This document shows, one piece after another, positions 25,067 through 32,056 of a stretch of DNA of 32,056 bases. The translations under genes were made by a program, and so were the position numbers. Source of the stretch: a virus (taxonomy: Duplodnaviria > Caudoviricetes); IMG/VR virus record IMGVR_UViG_3300030060_003579, positions 1 through 32,056 of that record, one strand, 5' to 3'. Within the stretch, counting starts at the first letter, position 1; every line of letters begins with the position of its first letter. The notes under the pieces are model-generated. The model did no database searches, was not told the DNA's origin, and worked only from the letters and a program-made list of their open reading frames with translations.

Positions 25067-25521
25067 TACAGTTATTATTAAATAGAGATGACTATGTTTC
25101 TGCATGGTTGCAGTCGAAGATACCTGGCATAAGATTTCACGATTGCAAAGCTATAGGAATTATTAAAAATCAAAAACTTATAGCAGGAGTTGTATATCAT
25201 AATTTAAGAGATGGTCAGATAGAAGCAAGTATAGCCATAACAGATAAGAACTGGGCTAATAGAAAAATACTCTATGCTTTGTTTGCCTATCCGTTTGTGC
25301 AATGCAACTGTCACAGAATTTTGGTTACTGTCAAAGATAGTAACAAACAATCTATCAAGTTAGCACAAAAGCTAGGTTTTCAGAAGGAAGGAACATTGAG
25401 AGATATGTTTCCACCTGATAATGCTGTTTTACTTGGTATGTTAAGAAGTGAATGTAAATGGTTGAATATAAAGGATAATTATTATGGGCAAGTCAAATCC
25501 ATCAGCACCGCCAGTACCTGA
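25063..25521 (+). CDS. GNAT-family acetyltransferase-like virion assembly protein
   Basis: LIAGVVYHN..FAYPFVQ..SNKQSIKLAQKLGFQKEGTLR; precedes the ejection proteins. Confidence 0.8.
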   Translation: MIQLLLNRDDYVSAWLQSKIPGIRFHDCKAIGIIKNQKLIAGVVYHNLRDGQIEASIAITDKNWANRKILYALFAYPFVQCNCHRILVTVKDSNKQSIKLAQKLGFQKEGTLRDMFPPDNAVLLGMLRSECKWLNIKDNYYGQVKSISTAST

Positions 25522-26509
25522 TCCTAATCAGTTAATACAACAGGATGCTGCACAAAATAGAATAACACAATTTACGCCTTATGGTAATTTGCTATTTGGT
25601 AGTGTGGGTAATCAGGGGCAGTTTGTTCAAGGGCTAGTACCTGAAGGTGGCACTGCTGCTGCTTACACACAGGAAACACCTTTTCAAAGTCAGTTAAGGT
25701 CACAACAGGAGGCATTAGGTCTTGGATTGGCTACAGAAGCAGGGCAACAGTTTGATCAGTTAGCTGCACAAACACCATTTGATTACACAGCAGGACTTCC
25801 GCAATATACCTTTCAAGATGCGAGCAACTTACCTCAATTTCAATCAACAATATCAACAGAAAATCTACCTGCACTGCCGACAGATTTTGAAGATACAAGA
25901 AGGCAAGTGACACAATCTGTTTTTGACAGGCAGTTAGGATTGTTACAGCCTGGCTTTACAAAACAAAGAGAAGACCTTGCACAGAATTTGGCTAATCGTG
26001 GAATACCTATTGGCTCTGAAGCCTATAACCAGGCATTGAACAGATTGGACACTCAGCAGTCTGAACAGACTCAAAGGTTGGCACTTACTGCTGATGTTGC
26101 AGGAGGGGCTGAAGCTTCAAGACTGTTTGGCATGGCATCTACAGCTAGAGGACAACAGTTTGGTGAAAATGTTGCCAATGTCGCACAGGCAAATCAAGCA
26201 AGACAACAACAGATAGCTGACCAGTTAAGAACAAATGAACTGCAGAATCAACAACGCCAGGCAATGCTGAATGAACGTATTGGATTAAGAGGGCAACAGT
26301 TTAATGAACTTGCAGCCTTATTAGGTGGCCCACAGATACAGCAACCAACTTTCTTTGCTCCAAGTGCCGTTAATACTTTAGGTGCTAATCAGTTAAGTGG
26401 TAGTGCTGCGGCAAATGCATTTAATCAGCAAATGGCTAATTATGGCTCAGGAATGGGTGGTTTATTTGATTTGGCAGGATCACTCGGTTCTGCATACATT
26501 TTAAGTTGA
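25484..26509 (+). CDS. DNA ejection (internal virion) protein 1
   Basis: MGKSNPSAPPVPDP start, Q/A-rich body, Gly-rich hydrophobic C-terminus. Confidence 0.7.
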   Translation: MGKSNPSAPPVPDPNQLIQQDAAQNRITQFTPYGNLLFGSVGNQGQFVQGLVPEGGTAAAYTQETPFQSQLRSQQEALGLGLATEAGQQFDQLAAQTPFDYTAGLPQYTFQDASNLPQFQSTISTENLPALPTDFEDTRRQVTQSVFDRQLGLLQPGFTKQREDLAQNLANRGIPIGSEAYNQALNRLDTQQSEQTQRLALTADVAGGAEASRLFGMASTARGQQFGENVANVAQANQARQQQIADQLRTNELQNQQRQAMLNERIGLRGQQFNELAALLGGPQIQQPTFFAPSAVNTLGANQLSGSAAANAFNQQMANYGSGMGGLFDLAGSLGSAYILS

Positions 26510-26516
26510 GGTAAGA

Positions 26517-28061
26517 ATGGCAACATCATTAAATTTTCCACAATTTAGATTTGGTAAAACAGAACTAGATGAACTTTACAGTCAAGACAAAATAGGGCCA
26601 TCAAGATACATGGCTTTAAGAGGTGATGGTTTTAGAACAAACCCAAGTCAACAGTCTGAATTAGCACAAAGACTTATGAGCAGTGTACAACCCTATAGTG
26701 GTCAAATAGCTGCAAGTAGAAATGCAATGAATTTAATGCCATTAGCACAACCTCAACAGCAAATGTCACAAGGTCAGGGGCAAGGGCAAGGTCAAGTGCA
26801 AGGTCAAGGGCCATCATTTAGGTTTCAAGACCTTAATCGTGCTTTTCAGCTAGACCCAAGAAACACACTTGCTAATACCTTAATGCAACAAGGCATGAGA
26901 GGTGGCCCAGTAAGAACACCATTAGAAGGCATAGGAAGGTTATCACAGAGTCTTGTCGGTGCGATGTTACAGAAGAGGGCATTGGATAGATTAGAAGGGC
27001 AGGAGGCAACTAGAATTGAAGAACAGAATATTCAAAGTGCTAATCTTGAAAACGCTTTAAATGAACAACTATCACAGTTACCAAATAATAGTCCAATTAT
27101 ACCTTTAATTAAAACTATACAATCTTCATCAGGTTCTGAAGATGCACTTAACGCTTTAGCTGAAATACAAGCAAGAAATTTAACTGTAACACCACCACCA
27201 ATATTTAAAAATGTTCTTGACGTAAATGGAAATATTGTTGGGCAAGCAGCGTTTAATGAAAATAATGAACAAGTTGGGGCAATACAATATGCTCCTGAAC
27301 CAAAACTATCTGCTTTAGGACAGCAGGCAATAGATGCAGGTTTAGAACCAGGCACAGAAGAGTTTAAAAACTTTATACTAGAAAATGCTAAAAAGAGTGG
27401 TCAAAATATTACCATTAGCACAGGTGTTGGCGGTGAGGTTGGTTATAAAGAATTAATACAAAGAAATAGAAGCTTTAGTGAAAAAGCAACAGCTGCTCAA
27501 AACAATAGCGACAAAGTACAGCTAATGATTGATTTTTTATCTGATGATATTGTGAAGACTGGTGTTTTGGCAGGAAATATTAACACCATTAATAAACTAG
27601 GGCAATTTTTTAACCCAGATTTTAAACTAGAAGGTGTTGCAGGAACAGATGCTTTTGTTGCTTTTACCAATGAAATAATTTTACCATTAGTGTCACAATT
27701 AGGAAGAAACCCAACAGACTTAGATTTGCGATTTGTAACAGACGCACAAGTAAGTTTAGGAAAATCTGTAGAAGGTAACTTGTTTTTATTAGAAGCCTTG
27801 AAAGTTCGACAGGCTAGAGATATTGCAGCAGCTAATTTTGTAAATGATTTTATTTTATCAGAATTTGAAAAAAATACTCCAATGGCACAAATTCCATTCT
27901 TATTAGATAAAGGCCTTGCAAATTTTATTAACACTGATCCACTTTTTACAAATTCATATAACTTTCTTGCAAGCAAATTTAAAGAAATTACAAAAAATGA
28001 ACCACCAAAACCAGATATCAAAACCAAAATGAAACAGTCAGGGTTAATTACTAATGAGTAA
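26517..28061 (+). CDS. DNA ejection (internal virion) protein 2
   Basis: 514-aa Q-rich helical protein; position. Confidence 0.65.
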   Translation: MATSLNFPQFRFGKTELDELYSQDKIGPSRYMALRGDGFRTNPSQQSELAQRLMSSVQPYSGQIAASRNAMNLMPLAQPQQQMSQGQGQGQGQVQGQGPSFRFQDLNRAFQLDPRNTLANTLMQQGMRGGPVRTPLEGIGRLSQSLVGAMLQKRALDRLEGQEATRIEEQNIQSANLENALNEQLSQLPNNSPIIPLIKTIQSSSGSEDALNALAEIQARNLTVTPPPIFKNVLDVNGNIVGQAAFNENNEQVGAIQYAPEPKLSALGQQAIDAGLEPGTEEFKNFILENAKKSGQNITISTGVGGEVGYKELIQRNRSFSEKATAAQNNSDKVQLMIDFLSDDIVKTGVLAGNINTINKLGQFFNPDFKLEGVAGTDAFVAFTNEIILPLVSQLGRNPTDLDLRFVTDAQVSLGKSVEGNLFLLEALKVRQARDIAAANFVNDFILSEFEKNTPMAQIPFLLDKGLANFINTDPLFTNSYNFLASKFKEITKNEPPKPDIKTKMKQSGLITNE

Positions 28062-30042
28062 AGTAGATGAATTAAAAGAATTGCAACAAAATTTAGAAAT
28101 TGCAAAAGCCGATGGAAAAATAACACAAAAAGGGTTAGCTACTTTAGAGGCTATAAATAATGGTGCTTTTAATAATCCAACCATTGCTAATGTGCTTCAA
28201 GGTATTTCTGTTGCATCAAGTGACGAAATTGGTGCTTATATTAACTCTTTGCTTACACCAGATTTAAGTTATGAAAATGCTTTATTAATTGAAAAAGCAG
28301 GTGTAGAGACTGCACAAAAAGAAAGACCCATACGACAATATATTGAAAATGCGTTGGGTTCTGCTGCCCCTACATTATTAACAAGAGGCAGAAACATGGG
28401 TGTTGTTGGCACTGGAGCAACATTTGGCGGTCTTTATGCAGGAGGTGCGAGTGAAGCTGACCCTCAATTATTTTCACCTAAAAGATTGCCTGATGCAGCA
28501 ATAGGAGCAGGAACAGGAGCAGTTGTTGCACCACTTACAAATTTAGTTTTAAAACCAATAGCAAATTTAAGTTCTAATGTAAAAAAACTTTTTGAAGGCC
28601 CAAAGAGAATAGGGCAAATACAAGCAAGAAGATTAATTCAGGAGGCAATAGAAAATGAGTCACAATCTGTTGAAGAGGCTATTCTTTATGTAATAAATAA
28701 AAACAATACTGGAAAACCATATACACTTGCTGATTTAGGCGAAAACCCAAGAGCGTTATTAGATGCAGCAAAAGTGTTGCCAGGAAAGGGTGCTTCAATT
28801 ACTAAAAAATTTTTAAAAGATAGAAATAGTGGAAAATTAGCAAGGTTATCCTCAGATTTAGTTAAGGCTTTTGGTAGAGAGGCTTCTTTTTATGAAGAGA
28901 TAAATGCTTTAGAACAAGCAAGATTTAGCAAAGGCAATTTTTTCTATAAAAGAGCATACAAATCAAAAATTAAAGTTACCAAAGAATTACAGGAATTATT
29001 AAAAAGGCCATCTATTCAAAAAGCATTTTTAAAAGCAACTGATATAGCAAAAGAGGAAGGCAAATTTTTTAATATAAGCATTAATGAAAATGGACAAATT
29101 GTTACAAAAGATGGTGCTGTTATTAAAAGTGTTCCTACAAGATTTTTGCATTTAATTAAGCGTGGTCTTGATGATGAAATTTACACAGTAAGAACAACTG
29201 GTTCAGGTAAAGAAATTTTAAACGCATCTAAAAACACTAAAAATGCTTTGCTTAATATTATGGATGAACAAAACAATAGTTACAAACAGGCAAGAAATTA
29301 TTGGTCAGGTAGTGTAGCAGTTGGCGATGCAATGAAATTAGGTAACGACTTTCTAAAAATGAACGCTAATGAGTTGTCACAAGAAATTATTAACATGGAT
29401 TTATCTGAACTTGAAGGCTTTAGATTAGGTGCAATGCAGGGAATTATTGATGAAATAGAGCGAGGTTCAGAGACAACAGCAGTTTCAAGGCTTTTAAGAT
29501 CACCTGCAAGAATAAGATTAATAAAAATGACATTTCCACAAAGCGATGCAGGTGCTAAAGCTGCTGATGCTTTTATTGCTAGATTAAATGATGAAGTGAC
29601 CTTGTTGGAAACAAGCAGAACAATATTAGGAAACTCAGCTACTGCACAAAGACAGGCAGTTGTGCAAAAAATAGAAGAAACAACAAAAGTTAATCCAATA
29701 GTAGGAATTACTGATGCAATAAACAGAGCAATTAGAAAAGATTTTAACAACATTGAGATTGATCAAAAAACAGAAATTGCAAATGAAATGGCTAGAATTT
29801 TAACAGAAACAAATCCTACTAAACTTAAAATTATTGAAAAAGAATTAAGTCAGAAAGGCATAAAATTTGTTGCACAGAAATATCTTAAAGATGCAGCACC
29901 AATGATTTTATCTAAGTTAATAAATCCTGCACAGGCAGCAGCACAAACAGGGCAAAGTGTTGGTTCACAAAACTTAGGTTCAATGTTGCAACCTTTCTTT
30001 CCTTTGGCATCGGTTTTATCTAAGCAATCACAAGGTCAATAA
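28054..30042 (+). CDS. DNA ejection (internal virion) protein 3
   Basis: 662 aa with G/A-rich N-terminal membrane-inserting segments and LHLIKRGLDD..YKQARNYW. Confidence 0.7.
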   Translation: MSKVDELKELQQNLEIAKADGKITQKGLATLEAINNGAFNNPTIANVLQGISVASSDEIGAYINSLLTPDLSYENALLIEKAGVETAQKERPIRQYIENALGSAAPTLLTRGRNMGVVGTGATFGGLYAGGASEADPQLFSPKRLPDAAIGAGTGAVVAPLTNLVLKPIANLSSNVKKLFEGPKRIGQIQARRLIQEAIENESQSVEEAILYVINKNNTGKPYTLADLGENPRALLDAAKVLPGKGASITKKFLKDRNSGKLARLSSDLVKAFGREASFYEEINALEQARFSKGNFFYKRAYKSKIKVTKELQELLKRPSIQKAFLKATDIAKEEGKFFNISINENGQIVTKDGAVIKSVPTRFLHLIKRGLDDEIYTVRTTGSGKEILNASKNTKNALLNIMDEQNNSYKQARNYWSGSVAVGDAMKLGNDFLKMNANELSQEIINMDLSELEGFRLGAMQGIIDEIERGSETTAVSRLLRSPARIRLIKMTFPQSDAGAKAADAFIARLNDEVTLLETSRTILGNSATAQRQAVVQKIEETTKVNPIVGITDAINRAIRKDFNNIEIDQKTEIANEMARILTETNPTKLKIIEKELSQKGIKFVAQKYLKDAAPMILSKLINPAQAAAQTGQSVGSQNLGSMLQPFFPLASVLSKQSQGQ

Positions 30043-30044
30043 TC

Positions 30045-30488
30045 ATGGACATGGAAAAACTAAGACAACAACTCATCATTGATGAATCGGTGAAGCTCGA
30101 GGTGTATCTTGATCATTTGCAACTGAAAACTGTTGGAATAGGCCATTTATGCAGAGAAGATGAACCAGAGTTTGATGAGCCTGTAGGCACACAAATTACA
30201 GAAGATAGATGCACAGAACTGTTTGAAGAAGATATTAAGTCAGTCATCAAGGACTGTAAGAAGGTTTTTGAAGATTGGGATGACATGGATGATGAAGTCA
30301 AACAAATCTGTGCCAATATGATGTTCAATCTCGGTTTGCCAAGATTTAGCAAATTTAGAAAAACCATTAACAACATCATAAACAAAAACTATTTGAAAGC
30401 TGCTGAAGAGATGAGAGACAGCCGTTGGTACAGGCAAGTTACTAACAGAGCAGAAAGATTAGCTAAAAGAATGGAAGCAATAGCGTGA
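30045..30488 (+). CDS. Endolysin, T4-like lysozyme (GH24)
   Basis: E-x8-D-x5-T catalytic pattern (ESVKLEVYLDHLQLKT), VGIGH, NMMFNLG, DSRWYRQVTNRAERL. Confidence 0.92.
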   Translation: MDMEKLRQQLIIDESVKLEVYLDHLQLKTVGIGHLCREDEPEFDEPVGTQITEDRCTELFEEDIKSVIKDCKKVFEDWDDMDDEVKQICANMMFNLGLPRFSKFRKTINNIINKNYLKAAEEMRDSRWYRQVTNRAERLAKRMEAIA

Positions 30489-30799
30489 CCCAAAAAAAGC
30501 TACAGAAAAAATCTGTGTTTAATGAGTATGATGAAGATAGTGATGGAATAATTTCAGATGAAGAGCTGTCTCATGGCAAAGAAATTAAAGAGTTAGAATC
30601 ATCTTTACGCAAACAGCTTGCACAATTAAGAATGGCTAGATACTCACTTATTGGCATGGGGGTTTTTACTGCCGCAATGTTTTTCATGCCAATAGAAAAA
30701 ATCAAAGCTTTATCAGACATCAGCAATTTATTTTATATATCAGGTGCAGGTATTGTGGGTGCTTATATGGGTACATCAGCATGGATGGCAAGGAAATAA
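30485..30799 (+). CDS. Two-TM membrane protein with EF-hand loop (holin/antiholin candidate)
   Basis: DEDSDGIISDEE followed by two hydrophobic helices; GTG overlaps the lysozyme stop. Confidence 0.75.
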   Translation: MTQKKLQKKSVFNEYDEDSDGIISDEELSHGKEIKELESSLRKQLAQLRMARYSLIGMGVFTAAMFFMPIEKIKALSDISNLFYISGAGIVGAYMGTSAWMARK

Positions 30800-30982
30800 G
30801 TGTTATGGGTTTTGTATGTGTTTCTTGTAGGTGCAGAGGTAGAAGAACTTGTCTTTTTCAATAGCCTTGATACTTGCCTCGAATACGCAATCAAAATCAG
30901 AGAGCAGGACTTGCACCAAAGAGTTGCAGGAGACAAGCTTTATATCAAAACTTTTTGCATACCTCAAAACAAAGATAATTAA
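30800..30982 (+). CDS. Small protein with hydrophobic N-terminus and two Cys
   Basis: MLWVLYVFLVG..FNSLDTC..TFCIP; GTG after AAGGA. Confidence 0.65.
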   Translation: MLWVLYVFLVGAEVEELVFFNSLDTCLEYAIKIREQDLHQRVAGDKLYIKTFCIPQNKDN

Positions 30983-30993
30983 ATAATTTTTAA

Positions 30994-31044
30994 AGTTATG
31001 AGGAGTATATTTGATTGGTGTCACTTTTTGCTCCTCACCAAATA
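30994..31044 (+). ncRNA. Candidate structured RNA, hairpin B (9-bp stem, 21-nt loop, 3' ACCA)
   Basis: AGTTA-TGAGGAGTA-[TATTTGATTGGTGTCACTTTT]-TGCTCCTCA-CCAAATA; flanks identical to hairpin A. Confidence 0.55.
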
Positions 31045-31055
31045 AAGGATAAAAT

Positions 31056-31511
31056 ATGATTAGTTTACTAGGCTCATTGTTGGGCTTTGGAACAAGTTTT
31101 TTGCCTTCAATATTAGATTTTTTTAAACAGGCACAGGCTCACAAACAAAAACTTGAAATGATGAAAATGCAGAGTGAGTTACTTGAAAAGAAATCTGCAC
31201 TGCGTATTCAGGAACTGGACAAGCAGGCTGAAATAAAAGAAGTGGAAGGATTGTATAAACATGATGCAAGTTTGGATGGTGGTAAGTTCGTTAACGCTCT
31301 ACGAAGTTCGGTTAGGCCTGTCATCACTTATATTTTTATGGGCTTATTTATTGCCGTAGAAGTTTCAATAATAGTTAAGTTTATGGAAACTGGCGGTGAT
31401 TGGACAGGAGCAGTAAACCTTTTATGGAGTGATGAAGTTGCAGGACTTTGGTCAGCTATATTAGCTTTTTGGTTTGGCAACAGAGCGATCTCAAAATTTC
31501 AAAGAAAATAA
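31056..31511 (+). CDS. Holin-like protein (3TM, GTA-holin-like)
   Basis: LRSSVRPVITY..ILAFWFGNR; lysis region. Confidence 0.7.
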   Translation: MISLLGSLLGFGTSFLPSILDFFKQAQAHKQKLEMMKMQSELLEKKSALRIQELDKQAEIKEVEGLYKHDASLDGGKFVNALRSSVRPVITYIFMGLFIAVEVSIIVKFMETGGDWTGAVNLLWSDEVAGLWSAILAFWFGNRAISKFQRK

Positions 31512-31512
31512 C

Positions 31513-31812
31513 ATGGCAAGAAAAAGAATTAATCTTACTTCAAAGCACAAATCACCTTCAGGGGGTTTGAATGAGGCAGGAAGGCGTTTTGCAAGATCGC
31601 AAGGGTCTAACCTCAAAAGACCTGTAAAGAGCGGTGACAACCCTCGCAGAGCAAGTTTTTTAGCGAGAATGGGCGGTTCTCGTGGCCCTGATTACAAAGA
31701 TGGCAAACCAACTAGGAAGTTACTGGCACTTAGAAAATGGGGGGCTAGTTCATCTGCTGATGCAAGAGCAAAGGCAAAGAAAATTTCAGAGAGAAACAAA
31801 AAGAAAGGATAA
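31513..31812 (+). CDS. Small highly basic protein
   Basis: KSPSGGLNEAGR..NLKRPVKSGDNPRRASFLARM..LALRKW; start ATG 31513. Confidence 0.8.
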   Translation: MARKRINLTSKHKSPSGGLNEAGRRFARSQGSNLKRPVKSGDNPRRASFLARMGGSRGPDYKDGKPTRKLLALRKWGASSSADARAKAKKISERNKKKG

Positions 31813-31816
31813 AATT

Positions 31817-31912
31817 ATGCCAATGGTTAAAGGTAAGAAATATCCATACACAAAAAAAGGTATGGCAGCAGCATCTAAAGCAAAGAAAAAAACTAAAAAG
31901 GTTAAAAAGTAA
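31817..31912 (+). CDS. Very basic micropeptide, 31 aa
   Basis: MPMVKGKKYPYTKKGMAAASKAKKKTKKVKK; AAGGA RBS. Confidence 0.75.
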   Translation: MPMVKGKKYPYTKKGMAAASKAKKKTKKVKK

Positions 31913-32056
31913 TGGCTAAAAGACCTGGATTATATGCAAACATTCATGCAAAAAGAAAAAGAATAAAAGCAGGTTCTAATGAGAAAATGCGTAAAGCAGG
32001 AACAAAAGGCAGACCCACCGCAGCAGCTTTTAAACAGGCAGCAAAGACTGCAAAGA
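31912..32056 (+). CDS. Small basic protein, truncated by the window end
   Basis: MAKRPGLYANIHAKRKRIKAGSNEKMRKAGTKGRPTAAAFKQAAKTAK..; TAATG coupling. Confidence 0.75.
   Translation, partial: MAKRPGLYANIHAKRKRIKAGSNEKMRKAGTKGRPTAAAFKQAAKTAK

Noticed and set aside
27497-28126. Long minus-strand ORFs across the late region (e.g. 27497-28126, 29298-29753)
   Set aside because: Antisense to well-supported structural genes, with no motifs or RBS.
30803-31024. Minus-strand ORF MTPIKYTPH.. with apparent GAGGAG RBS
   Set aside because: The RBS is one arm of hairpin B, and the ORF is antisense to a plausible plus-strand gene; not fully excluded.
31912-32056. Direct circular join of the window end to position 1
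   Set aside because: No terminal overlap is visible and the last ORF would read on through the att region, so some sequence is probably missing.

Overview
An essentially complete ~32 kb temperate phage genome with P22-like (podovirus) morphogenesis genes, probably the free attP form. An AT-rich marine alphaproteobacterial host is inferred from gene-family resemblance only. Order: tRNA-Pro-like 3' att core (11-42) with arm-type repeats; a three-gene operon ending in a tyrosine integrase; a leftward early operon (PD-(D/E)XK nuclease, HTH proteins, excisionase); a cI/cro-like switch with a TAGGCG-N4-CGCCTA operator at three promoters; Hjc-type resolvase, C5 DNA methyltransferase, replication initiator with internal origin, and a putative late regulator. 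Then terS, an ADP-ribosyltransferase, terL, portal, scaffold, capsid, tail, fibre modules, ejection proteins, lysis genes and small basic proteins. Most interesting unexplained signals: (1) an apparent antisense network, in which the late-leader terminator loop (8229-8241) is the exact reverse complement of the shared ribosome-binding sequence GGAGAATGAC(GAA) of all three integrase-operon genes, and 13 nt of that loop recur at the 5' end of the repressor gene; (2) two distant hairpins with identical flanks, different loops and a 3' ACCA (3545-3600 minus, 30994-31044 plus), resembling RNase P-processed small RNAs; (3) a polymorphic-toxin-like ADP-ribosyltransferase between terS and terL; (4) a methyltransferase split over two nested reading frames; (5) an inverted copy of the attP arm-repeat array at the end of terS. 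All calls come from reading the sequence; no database searches were run.
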